In this document: piece by piece, positions 10,073-20,169 of the stretch
Numbering within the stretch: the first letter of the stretch is position 1
How the letters are laid out: each line of letters opens with the position of its first letter
Origin: an uncultured Actinomycetota bacterium
GTDB lineage: Bacteria; Actinomycetota; Actinomycetes; Actinomycetales; Microbacteriaceae
Assembly (NCBI GenBank): GCA_963734315.1
Contig: CAVTGP010000006.1
Coordinates: 9,338-73,337, forward strand
Length of the DNA stretch: 64,000 nucleotides
Direction: 5' to 3'
Translations under genes and position numbers: made by a program
The notes under the pieces: model-generated
Told to the model about the DNA's origin: nothing
The model's input: the letters and a program-made list of their open reading frames with translations, nothing else
The model's database searches: none

Positions 10073-10429
10073 TCACCGGGGGTGGTGCTCGAGATACCTC
10101 TCGAGCACCGCCCCCTGATTCAGTTCGGGGTCGCGCGCCCCGACCAGCAGAGTGACCACGGCATGCGTCCGCCCGAGCTCCCGCAGCTGATCGACGGCGC
10201 CGGGGTTGGCGTCGAGCTCTGCGTCGTACCGCGCCGTGAAATCGTCGAACAGGGGAGCCTCGTGGTGGAACCAGCGCCTCAGCTCCGTCGACGGGGCGAC
10301 CTCCTTGAGCCACAGGTCGACCTTCGCGTTCTCTTTCGTGAGCCCGCGCGGCCAGAGCCGGTCGACGAGCACGCGGAAGCCGTCTTCGACGGCGGGCGCG
10401 TCGTAGACGCGCTTGACGACGAACACCAT
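10073..10429 (-). CDS. DUF488 (YeaO-like) protein
   Basis: KRVYD...DGFRVLVDRLWPRG...WLKEVAPSTELRRWF signature. Confidence 0.88.
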   Translation of the reverse strand: MVFVVKRVYDAPAVEDGFRVLVDRLWPRGLTKENAKVDLWLKEVAPSTELRRWFHHEAPLFDDFTARYDAELDANPGAVDQLRELGRTHAVVTLLVGARDPELNQGAVLERYLEHHPR

Positions 10430-10661
10430 GTGCACCGCCTAGAGCTCGGGGTGTGATCGTCGATGCCCGTCGACCACCTCCCACGATCGTAGCCCCGCAG
10501 CCCCGACCCACGCGTTTCGCAGCGGGCCACGACTTGTCCGCGCTCCGGCTGGTACCACGACACATTGTTAATGCTAAGTTTTTGTGCGGAGTGGCCGGAG
10601 CCTCCGAGGACCGTGCTTCATCAGACGTTCCGTTTCGAGGTAATGAGGGCTCGGCATCCGT

Positions 10662-11120
10662 ATGCATATCGACGTTCGCTTGAGCACGGGCGGTGCTCTG
10701 AGACTCGATGCCGACCAGATCACGGTGGCGGGCGGTCTGCTGGCATTCTGGCGGGCGAGCACCCTCCTGGCGGAGATCACGGATTCAGATGTCACGGCAA
10801 TAGCACTCGGTTCTGGTGCCCTCGCAGTAGCTGGCGTCGAAACCGACGCGAGCTATTCGGTCGCCGTCATTCGCGAGACCTATCCCAACGCATACGCGCG
10901 GTGGACCGCACGCGAGGATGCGCGATTGCTCGAGTCTCACGCACGACACGAACCGGTCGCCCGCATCGCTGCTTCTCACGGACGGCAGGAGAGCGCGATC
11001 AGGTCGCGAATTCGGAAGCTCCTTCCTGACCTGCTCGAAGACGAGGACAGCGAGAACAGCGACATCGACACGACGTCTGACGCCAGCGCACGGAACCCTC
11101 GGGCTGTCCGGTTCGTGTGA
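10662..11120 (+). CDS. Hypothetical protein with a Myb/SANT-like HTH module
   Basis: YPNAYARWTAREDARL...IAASHGRQESAIRSRIRKL resembles the WTxxED...RxxxAIxSR helical module. Codon usage is atypical for the window. Confidence 0.6.
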   Translation: MHIDVRLSTGGALRLDADQITVAGGLLAFWRASTLLAEITDSDVTAIALGSGALAVAGVETDASYSVAVIRETYPNAYARWTAREDARLLESHARHEPVARIAASHGRQESAIRSRIRKLLPDLLEDEDSENSDIDTTSDASARNPRAVRFV

Positions 11121-11154
11121 GGTCCTGGCGAGACGACAACAGGAAGGAGAGCTG

Positions 11155-11640
11155 ATGAGCTGGCCAACGTGGGCAGGAGATATCCCGACGTGGATAACGA
11201 CGGCTGCCGTCGGATTCGCGGGAGCTCAGCTCCTGGTAGATCGTCGGCGCCGGGCCGCCGAGGAGAACAGGGAGGCCAAGGCTCAAGCGTCGAAGCTCTC
11301 GGCGTGGGCGGTTTCCGACCGGAATGCGGAGCCCCTCACGTTCGGCGTCGTCGTCAGCAACCGATCGGTATCGACGTTCCACAACGTGTCCATCGTCGCG
11401 AAGATCCACAAGAAGAAGGTGGGAGGTGACATCCATTTCGAGGTGCTGCCCCCGGGCGAGTTCTTCGTCGAGTTCGCGAACGGCGAGTGGGAGTTCGCCG
11501 TCGAGGCGAGCGAACACGGCCGCACGCTTCGCCCATACACGCGTACGGAAGGCTATCGGGTACTCTCCATCCACTTCACGGACAACCTCGACCAACGGTG
11601 GTCGGCCGACGCGCACATGGTTCTCCGACGTGCCGAATGA
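11155..11640 (+). CDS. Hypothetical protein with an N-terminal membrane anchor
   Basis: Strong AGGAAGGAGA RBS; hydrophobic N-terminal helix, then RRRR, a short charged helix and a beta-rich domain ending FTDNLDQRW. Confidence 0.65.
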   Translation: MSWPTWAGDIPTWITTAAVGFAGAQLLVDRRRRAAEENREAKAQASKLSAWAVSDRNAEPLTFGVVVSNRSVSTFHNVSIVAKIHKKKVGGDIHFEVLPPGEFFVEFANGEWEFAVEASEHGRTLRPYTRTEGYRVLSIHFTDNLDQRWSADAHMVLRRAE

Positions 11641-11676
11641 CGAATATCCGGGCGGTCCCCTCAGGAATTCCGCGGA

Positions 11677-12036
11677 TCAGAGCATCGTGAGGGTCGGCTC
11701 CTCGTGCGTCGCCACGGAGAAGTGGGCGAGGAACACGACGCCGTCCGGGCCGGCGTCGAACCGGGCGATCCTGGTGCCTTCCTCTTCGTAGAACGTGTCG
11801 CCGACCTTGAGGATGCGCTCGGCGCCTCCCTCGACCTGGTAGATCGCCGAGCCGCGTTCGATCGAGCCGACGACCGGGCCGTTGTGGAGGTGCAGACCGC
11901 CCGCCACGTTCGGCTGCATCGTGATGCGGCGGGTCTGGATGCGACCCACCGGGCGTGGATTGGCGAGCATCACGTCCTGCACGATATCCCGTTCGATCGG
12001 CTGGCGATCCACCGGCGGGACCTCTTCCGCGCTCAC
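11677..12036 (-). CDS. Cupin-domain protein
   Basis: HLHNGPV...GSAIYQVEG...LKVGDTFYE cupin motifs; 4-bp overlap with the upstream gene. Confidence 0.75.
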   Translation of the reverse strand: MSAEEVPPVDRQPIERDIVQDVMLANPRPVGRIQTRRITMQPNVAGGLHLHNGPVVGSIERGSAIYQVEGGAERILKVGDTFYEEEGTRIARFDAGPDGVVFLAHFSVATHEEPTLTML

Positions 12037-12602
12037 AACGGGGCCAATAGCGCGCTCCTCAGGCTGTCGCTGAGTCCGGGAGGCACCTCGACCGCGACGC
12101 CGAGCGCTTGGATGGCGCGGCTGAAGTAGTTGCGGGCGGCTGCCGCGAGCGTGATGTCGACGATCTCGCGATCGGTGAACCCGAGTTCCCGCAGGCGCAG
12201 TGAGTCGGCCTCGGTCATGGAGGCTGCGTCAGTGCTGATGCGCTCGGCGTACTCCATCATCGCAACCTCCGCCTCGCTGAGGCCGGCGTTGCGGTAGTCG
12301 CGCGCGACGGCCTCCACGGTGTCGGCGTCCATGACGGCGAGCGTCTTGCGGCCATGCGCGAGCCGGCAGTGCTGGGAGTGCGTGCCCTCGGCGGCGGCGA
12401 GGGTGACGAGCTCATAGCGGCGTACGCCGAGCTGCGACACGATGGCCCGGATCAACTGCTCCCACGCCTGATAGGCCTCCGGATTGGCGGCCATCACGCG
12501 TGTGTACTCGGCCACGTAGCCGAGGTCGCGCTCGTCTTTCGCATAGATCTCCGCAACGGCTCCGGTCGCCTCACCGGGGTCCACGGTCTGGATGATGGCC
12601 AT
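12033..12602 (-). CDS. Carboxymuconolactone decarboxylase / AhpD-like (peroxidase-related) protein
   Basis: EATGAVAEIY; ELVTLAAA...HCRLAHG; LRELGFTDREIVDITL...NYFSR...LGV; GAGGAGG RBS. Confidence 0.8.
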   Translation of the reverse strand: MAIIQTVDPGEATGAVAEIYAKDERDLGYVAEYTRVMAANPEAYQAWEQLIRAIVSQLGVRRYELVTLAAAEGTHSQHCRLAHGRKTLAVMDADTVEAVARDYRNAGLSEAEVAMMEYAERISTDAASMTEADSLRLRELGFTDREIVDITLAAAARNYFSRAIQALGVAVEVPPGLSDSLRSALLAPL

Positions 12603-12689
12603 CAGTACCTCCTCGCATCGTGCGCGACTCATCGTGCCACCGAGCTGCCCACGGTGCCAGTGGGACGGGTGCCAGAGGGGTCGGAACGT

Positions 12690-13052
12690 TCAGCGACCGA
12701 GTTCGCGCAGCCGTACGGCGAGCACGGTGCGCAGAGTCTCCTCGCTCAGCGGCGCCGACGGTGAGAAGTGGAGGGTCGCGCCGGTGAGAGACCCCTCGGT
12801 CAGTTCGCCGGCCAGTTCCGCGGCCGCCGGCGGCGACATCAGCAGGAGGCTGCAGTCTTTCGCCGTGGCGGAGAGCCCGACCACCCCAGTGCCGTCGAGC
12901 CGGAAGATCGGCACGCGGTAGCTGATGACCTGTTCGGCGTCCGGGATGATCGTCGCGACGCGGTCGCGCACGGTTCGAAGCGCCGAGCCGAAGGGCTCGC
13001 CGATGCGGTCCAGATATTCCTCGACGGTGTCTGCGTCGACTCCGCGTGCCAT
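12690..13052 (-). CDS. DUF1801 (YdhG-like) protein
   Basis: TVEEYL...PDAEQVISYRVPIF...TLHFSPSAPL pattern. Confidence 0.75.
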   Translation of the reverse strand: MARGVDADTVEEYLDRIGEPFGSALRTVRDRVATIIPDAEQVISYRVPIFRLDGTGVVGLSATAKDCSLLLMSPPAAAELAGELTEGSLTGATLHFSPSAPLSEETLRTVLAVRLRELGR

Positions 13053-13074
13053 GTGATCCCCCTGCCGTCCGGTG

Positions 13075-14619
13075 TCAGTGCGCGAACGCCGCCTCCGACG
13101 GTGCGTCGGCCGGCTTCGAGATGAAGAACGAACCGACGACACCGAAGAGCGAGATGATCGCCGCCGCGAGGAACGCCATGCGTATGCCGCCCGCTGTCGC
13201 GGTGTCGAGGGTCGCTCCGCCTGCTGCGAGGGCAGCCGTCTGCGCCGAGAGGACCGCCACGAGGAGCGCGGTGCCCGCGGCCCCGCCGACCTGCTGGATC
13301 GTTCCGAGGATCGCGCTGCCGTGCGAGTACAGGTGCGGCGGCACCGCGCCGAGCCCGGCGGTGAACAGCGGAGTGAACATGAGCGCCAGCCCGAGGCTCA
13401 ACGTGACGTGGGCGATGAGCACCAGGTAGGCCGGCGTCGTCTCGGTCACCATCGTGAGCGACCACATCACGAGGCTGACCAGGATGGCGCCGGGCACGAC
13501 GAGGACGCGCGGGCCGAATCGGTCGTAGAGCCGCCCGACGAACGGCGCGGCGAGGCCCATCACCAGACCGCCCGGCAGCAGCAGGAGGCCCGTGCCGAGC
13601 ACGTCCAGGTGCAGCACGTGCTGCAGGTAGAGCGGCAGGACGATTATCACCCCGAAGAGCGAGGCGGTCGTGGTCGCCATCAGCACGATCGCGACGGTGA
13701 AGATCGGGCTGCGGAAGGTGCGCAGGTCGAGCAGAGCGCGGTCTGTGCGCTGCAGGAGGAGCTGCCGCGTGATGAACGCCGCCAGCGAGACGACGCCCAC
13801 GGTGAGCGATGCCCAGAGCAGGAGCTCGTTGCCGGCGGCCGCCTCGCCGCTCACCGTCAGCCCGTAGACCAGGCCGCCGAAGCCGAACGCGGCGAGGATG
13901 ACCGAGAGCACGTCGATACGGCTCTTCTGGGTCTCAGTCACGTTCTCTACGAAGCGGATGCCGATGAGCAGCATCACCAGGGCGATCGGGAGGACGATGA
14001 GGAAGATCCAGCGCCACGCCAGGAAGTTGAGGATGATGCCGGAGATGGTCGGGCCGATGGCCGGCGCGACCGAGATCACGATCGAGACGTTGCCCATGGT
14101 GCGACCGCGGAGTGCGGGCGGCACGAGGGTCATCAGCGTGGTCATCAGCAGCGGCAGCATGATCGCCGTTCCGCACGCCTGAATGACGCGGGCGGCGACG
14201 AGCACCCCGAACCCGGGGGCGACCGCTGCCACGAGGGTGCCGAGCGAGAACAGCGACATGGCGGCGACGAAGACCTGCCGTGTCGTGAACCGCTGCAGCA
14301 GGAAGCCGGTCATCGGGATGACGACCGCCATCGTGAGCATGAAGGCGGTGGAGAGCCACTGCGCGGCGAGCGCGTCGATGTGGAGGTCGTCCATGAGCTT
14401 CGGGATGGCGACGCTCATGATCGTCTCGTTGAGGATCACGATGAACGTGGCGGCCAGCAGCAGCCAGATCACGCGCTGATCGCGCGGCGCGATGCGCGGC
14501 TGCTCGGAGCCGGTGCGCGGCGCGCCGCTCGTACGCGGCTCGGTGTCCCCCCGGGACTGATGCGGTGTGTCGGCGTCGAGCCGCTCGGGCGCGGGCGCAG
14601 GTGAGGTCTTCTCAGTCAC
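13075..14619 (-). CDS. DHA2-family (EmrB/QacA, LmrB-like) MFS efflux transporter
   Basis: ILNETIMSVAIP; QWLSTAFML; APAIGPT; GRLYDRFGPR; about 14 TM segments. Confidence 0.92.
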   Translation of the reverse strand: MTEKTSPAPAPERLDADTPHQSRGDTEPRTSGAPRTGSEQPRIAPRDQRVIWLLLAATFIVILNETIMSVAIPKLMDDLHIDALAAQWLSTAFMLTMAVVIPMTGFLLQRFTTRQVFVAAMSLFSLGTLVAAVAPGFGVLVAARVIQACGTAIMLPLLMTTLMTLVPPALRGRTMGNVSIVISVAPAIGPTISGIILNFLAWRWIFLIVLPIALVMLLIGIRFVENVTETQKSRIDVLSVILAAFGFGGLVYGLTVSGEAAAGNELLLWASLTVGVVSLAAFITRQLLLQRTDRALLDLRTFRSPIFTVAIVLMATTTASLFGVIIVLPLYLQHVLHLDVLGTGLLLLPGGLVMGLAAPFVGRLYDRFGPRVLVVPGAILVSLVMWSLTMVTETTPAYLVLIAHVTLSLGLALMFTPLFTAGLGAVPPHLYSHGSAILGTIQQVGGAAGTALLVAVLSAQTAALAAGGATLDTATAGGIRMAFLAAAIISLFGVVGSFFISKPADAPSEAAFAH

Positions 14620-14852
14620 CGGTTCACACTATCGATGACGACCGACATCGTGGGTTTCGAACAGGTGAACTCGACCGCGCGTTCACTCTCCGCTTAACTC
14701 GGAAGAGAACGGAAGCACCTGATCTGCAGGTACCCAGTCGGCGAATGCATGTTTTGCGGGTAATGTTACGTCTTTGATTTCCCATACGAGTCCGGTTAGT
14801 CTCGTCGCAGCGTGGCCTCCGCCGGTGGTCGCTCGCGACAGAGAGGACGTCC

Positions 14853-15630
14853 GTGACGAGCCCACCAACTTCGCCCTTCTCGGTTCATCGTGGTGCCCCA
14901 CTCGTCAAGCTGAACGGCGTCGACAAGTTCTACGGCGACCACCACGTGCTGCAGGGGATCGATCTCAGCGTTCAGCGCGGCGAGGTCGTCCTCGTGATCG
15001 GGCCGAGCGGTTCGGGCAAGTCGACTCTGTGCCGCGCGATCAACCGGCTCGAGACGATCGACGGCGGCACCATCACGATCGACGGAACTCCGTTGCCGGC
15101 TGAGGGACGAGCCCTCGCCGACCTCAGAGCCGACGTCGGCATGGTCTTCCAGTCCTTCAACCTGTTCTCTCACAAGACGATCCTGCAGAACGTCTCGCTC
15201 GCACCCCGGAAGGTGCGTCGGATCTCGAGGGAGCAGGCCGATCAGCGCGCGCTCGCGCTCCTCGACCGGGTCGGCGTGGGCAGCCAGGCCCACAAATACC
15301 CGGCTCAGCTCTCGGGCGGCCAGCAACAGCGGGTGGCGATCGCACGCGCTCTGGCGATGGAGCCGAAGCTCATGCTGTTCGACGAGCCGACCTCCGCACT
15401 CGATCCCGAGATGATCACCGAGGTGCTCGACGTCATGGTCGGCCTTGCCCGCGACGGCATGACGATGATCGTGGTCACCCACGAGATGGGGTTCGCGCGA
15501 CGCGCCGCCGACCGTGTCGTCTTCATGGACAGACGGCCGGATCGTCGAACAGGCCACGCCCGGCGAGTTCTTCGACTCGCCGAAGACCGATCGAGCGCGG
15601 GACTTCCTGTCGAGCCTGCTCACCCACTGA
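14853..15630 (+). CDS. gluA: Polar amino-acid (glutamate-type) ABC ATP-binding protein; apparent frameshift near 15531
   Basis: GPSGSGKS; LSGGQQQR; [11 protein letters not shown]; VTHEMGFA. The C-terminus ([14 protein letters not shown]...[12 protein letters not shown]) continues in another frame to 15630. Confidence 0.85.
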
Positions 15631-15684
15631 CGACCTACGGACCTGACCACCTGACGACCGCACCTGGCCCGAAGAAGGACGACG

Positions 15685-16592
15685 ATGAAGAAACGGACCC
15701 TCAAGACCTGATCGCCGACCGGCCCTTGTCGCCCTCGCAACCCTGACGCTCAGCCCCTGCGCCGGCGACGCCGACGGAAGGCATCGACTCGGCGACGGGT
15801 CCGGACCGCACGTACCCGGTCGCCGGACAAGGTCGGCACCTACCGGCGAGCCCGACCTTCGACGCGATCACCGAGGCCGGCGAGGTGAGGATCGGCGTCA
15901 AGGAGGACCAGCCGGGGCTCGGCTACCTCGACGCCGCGACAGGCAAGCGGAGCGGATTCGACATCGAGGTCGCGCGCTGGATCGCGGCATCGCTCGGATT
16001 CGACGACAGCCGGATCGAGTACAAGGCGATCCCCAGCGCCAACCGCGAAGCGGCGATCGTGAACGGCGACATCGACTTCTATGTCGGCACCTACTCGATC
16101 ACCGACAAGCGCAAGGAGCAGATCGGCTTCGCCGGACCGTATCTCGAGACCGGTCAAGGGCTGCTCGTCGCGAAGGCCACGAAGGACATCGCGAGCGAGG
16201 CCGACCTCGCGGGCAAGCGGGTGTGCTCGGCGACGGGATCCACGCCGATCCAGAACATCAAGCAGAACTTCCCCGACACGCGCACGAGCGAGTTCGATAC
16301 CTACTCGCAGTGCGTCACGGCGATGCTGGACGGCAAGGCCGACGCGGTGACGACGGATCAGGCCATCCTCATCGGCTACGCTGCGCAGCGCCCCGACGAG
16401 CTCGCGGTCGTCGGCCAGCCGTTCAGCGTAGAGAAGTATGGGATCGGAGTCGCTCGAGGCGACGCGGCCCTTCGCCACCACATCAACGCGACGCTGACGC
16501 AGGGTTCAGCGCAGTGGACGACGATCTACGAGGCGACGCTGGGCAAGTCGGGCACGACGATCGATCAGCCGGCCGTCGACGACTACCGCTGA
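15685..16592 (+). CDS. gluB: Glutamate-type ABC substrate-binding lipoprotein; 5' end garbled by indels
   Basis: [11 protein letters not shown]; GFDIEVA; SANRE; TYSITDKR; AVTTDQAIL. An MKKRTL... signal-peptide start at 15685 is out of frame with the body. Confidence 0.82.
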
Positions 16593-16606
16593 TCGTCGCG
16601 ACCACA

Positions 16607-17254
16607 ATGGACGTCCTTCTCGACAACTCCGATGTCTTCCTCGAGGGCTTCCGCACCACCGTCCTCCTCTTCCTCGTCTCCGCTGTCCTGTCCATCGCGG
16701 TGGGGATGCTGCTGGGAGTGATGCGGGTGTCGCCGATCGGGGTGCTGCGCGCGACGAGCGTCGCGTATGTCACGCTGGTGCGTAACACGCCGCTCACGCT
16801 GCTCATGTTCTTCTTCGTCTTCGGCTACCCCAAGCTGGGGCTGCCTGATCTGGACTACTTCTGGCTCGCCGTCGCCGCACTCGGCCTCTATACGGCGAGT
16901 TACATCGCGGAAGTCGTCCGTGCGGGCGTGAATACCGTCCCGGCCGGTCAAGCCGAGGCAGCGCGTGCTCTCGGGTTCGGTTTCTTCCAGTCGATGACGA
17001 ACGTCGTCGTCCCGCAGGCGCTGCGCGCCGTGTCGCCGCCGATGGTGAGCGTGCTGATCGCGTTGTTGAAGAACACGACGATCGCGGCAGGGTTCTCCGT
17101 CGCCGAAGCCGGTGCGATCCGCGCGACGCTGTCGGAGCGGGGGGAGCCGGCGCTGCCCGTCATGCTCTGGGTGGCGGCAGGATTCGTCGCTCTCGTGATG
17201 CTGCTCTCGCTGGTGCAACGGGTGGCCGAGCGCCGCTGGGGGATCCTCCGATGA
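16607..17254 (+). CDS. gluC: Amino-acid ABC permease
   Basis: MRVSP; RNTPLTL; AEVVRAGVNTVPAGQAEAARALG; IALLKNTT. Confidence 0.85.
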   Translation: MDVLLDNSDVFLEGFRTTVLLFLVSAVLSIAVGMLLGVMRVSPIGVLRATSVAYVTLVRNTPLTLLMFFFVFGYPKLGLPDLDYFWLAVAALGLYTASYIAEVVRAGVNTVPAGQAEAARALGFGFFQSMTNVVVPQALRAVSPPMVSVLIALLKNTTIAAGFSVAEAGAIRATLSERGEPALPVMLWVAAGFVALVMLLSLVQRVAERRWGILR

Positions 17255-18129
17255 GCACGATTCTGTTCGACGCGCCCGGTCCTCGCGCCCGTCGCCGCGC
17301 CCGGGTCCTCGGTGCGGTCGCCCTCGTGCTCGTCGCGAGCGCTCTGGCCTTCGTCGTGTGGAGATTCGCGGAGACCGGACAGTTCTCGCCAGACAAATGG
17401 CGGGTCTTCGGATTCCCGCTCGTACAGGCGAGCATCGTCCACGCCCTCGGCTCGACCCTCTTGGCCTTCGCCTACGGTTCAGTCCTCTCAGTGGTGCTCG
17501 GCCTGCTGCTGGCCATCGGGCGGCTGTCGACCCTGGCGTGGATCCGCGTTCCCTGCACGGTCTTCGTCGAGCTGTTCCGGGCGGTGCCCCTCCTGATCCT
17601 GATGATGATCGTGTACTACGGGCTCCCGGCCCTGGGCATCACCTTCATCACGCCGCTGATCGCCGTGGTTACCGGACTGACGCTCTACAACGGAGCGGTG
17701 CTCGCCGAAGTCTTCCGCACGGGCGTGCATTCGGTGCCGCGGGGTCAACGCGAGGCGGCGGAGGCGCTGGGCATGCGCCGCAATCAGGTGCTCTGGCAGA
17801 TCCAACTGCCGCAGGCGGTGCGCGCGATGCTTCCGGTGATTCTGGCGCAGTTGGTCGTCATCCTGAAGGACACCGCGCTCGGCTTCATCGTCACCTACCA
17901 GGAGCTGCTCTACTACGCGAAGTACCTCGGCTCGAACTTCCAGTACGGTGCCCCGCTCATCCCGGCGACCATCGTCATCGGCTCGGTCTACATCGGGCTC
18001 TGCCTCGTGCTGTCCGGTGTGGCGAAACTCGTCGAGCGCCGGCTCCAGGGTGCGCGGCGCGTTCGGCCCCGGTCGGAGCGCGCGGAAACCGAGCGGAAGA
18101 ACAGCGATCGCGAGTCTGTGATCCCGTGA
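17251..18129 (+). CDS. gluD: Amino-acid ABC permease
   Basis: ILFDAPGPRAR; FRAVPLL; GQREAAEALG; LVVILKDTALG. Confidence 0.85.
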   Translation: MSTILFDAPGPRARRRARVLGAVALVLVASALAFVVWRFAETGQFSPDKWRVFGFPLVQASIVHALGSTLLAFAYGSVLSVVLGLLLAIGRLSTLAWIRVPCTVFVELFRAVPLLILMMIVYYGLPALGITFITPLIAVVTGLTLYNGAVLAEVFRTGVHSVPRGQREAAEALGMRRNQVLWQIQLPQAVRAMLPVILAQLVVILKDTALGFIVTYQELLYYAKYLGSNFQYGAPLIPATIVIGSVYIGLCLVLSGVAKLVERRLQGARRVRPRSERAETERKNSDRESVIP

Positions 18130-18147
18130 GCCGGCGGTAAGAAGGCG

Positions 18148-19295
18148 TCAGCCGGCGAGCCCCGACACGTCGCGGACGGCCTCGGCGACTGCGGGGGCGA
18201 CGGCGGCGAGGTCGGCTTCCGATACGTCGGGTCCCCAGGAGAATCGCACCGCGGTGCGGGCGAGGTCCTCGTCGTAGCCGAGGGCGAGGAGGACATGCGA
18301 GGCGTCTTCGCTCCCGGCGGCGCAGGCGGAGCCGCTCGACGAGACGACGCCTCGGCGTTCCAGCTCGAGCAGTACCGTCTCGCCGTTGGTTCCCGGGAAG
18401 ACGAAGGAGGCGGTGCCGGGCAGGCGCTGCGACGGATGCCCGGTCAGCTGCGCGCCGGGGGTCCGTGCCAGCACGGCCGCCACGAACGCGTCGCGTGCTG
18501 CGGCGGCGCGCGCGGCAGTGGCCTCCCGGTCGTGCATCGTCAGGTGCGCAGCGGTCGCCAGTGCGATGGCCCCGGCGACGTTCTCGGTGCCGGAGCGCCG
18601 CCCGCGCTCCTGGCCGCCGCCGTGCAGCACCGGTTCGAGGGAGAGCCGCCCGCGCACGAAGAGCGCGCCGATGCCCTTCGGGGCGCCGATCTTATGGCCG
18701 GAGACGCTGAGAGCATCGACGTCGAGCGCGCGCACGTCGAGCGGCAGCCACCCCGCAGCCTGCACCGCATCGGTGTGGAACGGGATGCTCCGCTCGTGCG
18801 CCAGCGCGGCCAACTCGGTCACCGGCTGCAGGGTGCCGACCTCGTTGTTCGCGAGCATCACACTTGCCAGCGTGGTGTCGGGGCGTAGCGCGGCGGCGAA
18901 ATCGGCGGGGGAGACCCGCCCGTCGCGGCCGACCGGAACATAGTCGCCTCGAAGCCGTGGAGGCGCACCAGATAGTCCACGGACGCGAGCACCGCCTCGT
19001 GCTCGATCGGCGTCGTCACAAGGTGCCGTCCGCGCGGGGCGCCGAGCGCGATGCCCTTGATCGCGAGGTTGTCGGCCTCCGTTCCCCCGGAGGTGAAGAC
19101 GACCTCCGACGCCCGGCAGCCCAGCCACGCGGCGACCGTCGCTCGGGCGTCCGCCAGCGCACGCGCCGCCGACTCCCCAACGGCGTGGTGGCTCGACGGG
19201 TTGCCGAAGTCGCCGGTCAGGTACGGCCACATCGCCTCCAGCACCTCCCGGCGCACCGCGGAGGTCGCGGCCGCATCGAGGTAGAGGCCCGTCAT
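18148..19295 (-). CDS. iscS: Cysteine desulfurase (IscS/NifS class I); apparent frameshift near 18945
   Basis: YLDAAATS, GNPSS and FTSGGTEADN in one frame; HTDAVQ, SGHKIGAPKG, RSGTEN and SSGSAC in another; last gene of the nad operon. Confidence 0.88.
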
Positions 19296-19308
19296 GGCAG
19301 CCACCCGC

Positions 19309-20169
19309 TCATGGCGCGTCGACCACCACGTCGAGACCGAGGTCAAGGGAGCGGACGCTGTGCGTGAGCGCCCCCGAGGAGATGACGTCCACGCCAGTCT
19401 CGGCGATCTCGCGGACGGTGGCGAGGCTGACGTTGCCGCTGGCCTCCACGATGGCCCGGCCGCCGACGATGGCGACGCCCTCCCGCAGCTCGTCGAGCGT
19501 GAAGTTGTCGAGCATGATCGTGTCGACACCAGCGGCCAGCACGGGCTCGATCTGGTCGATGCGGTCGACCTCGACTTCGAGGTGCGTGGTGTGCGACATC
19601 CGGGCACGCACCGCACGCAGTGCGTCGGTGATCGAGAGGCCGGTCTGCGCGGTGAGCACGGCGAGGTGGTTGTCCTTGGCCATCACAGCGTCCGACAGCG
19701 AGTAGCGGTGATTGTGACCGCCGCCGCTGCGAACCGCGTGGCGCTCGAACGCGCGCAGACCGGGCGTGGTCTTGCGGGTGTCGACGATGCGGGCGGAGGT
19801 GTGCGCCACCTCCCGCACGAAAGCGGCGGTGAGGGTGGCGATCCCGCTCATCCTCTGGACGAAGTTGAGTGCTACGCGCTCGCCCTGGAGGACAGAGCGC
19901 GCCGGCCCGGTGACGGTCGCGAGCGTGTCGCCGGCGTCGAATGCGTCCCCGTCGCTTACGGCGAGCTCGACCTGAATGGCCGGGTCGGTGAGCGTCATCG
20001 CCGCGGCGAAGACGGCGCCTCCCGAGAACGTTCCCGGCTCGCGCGCGGCGAGCCGCGCTGTCGCGTATGCCGTTTCCGGAATGAGCAGCTCGCTGGTGAG
20101 GTCGCCCCACGGGGCGTCCTCGGCCAGGGCCGCTGCGACGACGTCGTGGATGATCTGGCGGGTCAGCAT
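19309..20169 (-). CDS. nadC: Nicotinate-nucleotide diphosphorylase (quinolinate phosphoribosyltransferase)
   Basis: ALAED..GDLT; ERVALN; DTRKTTPGLR; HRYSLSD; KDNH; IMLDN; EASG; LDLGLD. Confidence 0.96.
   Translation of the reverse strand: MLTRQIIHDVVAAALAEDAPWGDLTSELLIPETAYATARLAAREPGTFSGGAVFAAAMTLTDPAIQVELAVSDGDAFDAGDTLATVTGPARSVLQGERVALNFVQRMSGIATLTAAFVREVAHTSARIVDTRKTTPGLRAFERHAVRSGGGHNHRYSLSDAVMAKDNHLAVLTAQTGLSITDALRAVRARMSHTTHLEVEVDRIDQIEPVLAAGVDTIMLDNFTLDELREGVAIVGGRAIVEASGNVSLATVREIAETGVDVISSGALTHSVRSLDLGLDVVVDAP

Noticed and set aside
12630-12680. TGGCAC repeats as a sigma-54 promoter
   Set aside because: No correctly spaced TTGC -12 element, and Actinobacteria generally lack sigma-54.
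14740-14785. GlnR box upstream of gluA
   Set aside because: A GTTAC half-site is present, but the second half-site is not at the expected 6-nt spacing; too weak to call.
10440-14850. Accessory patch as a prophage, ICE or transposon
   Set aside because: No integrase, transposase, tRNA target or flanking direct repeats were seen.
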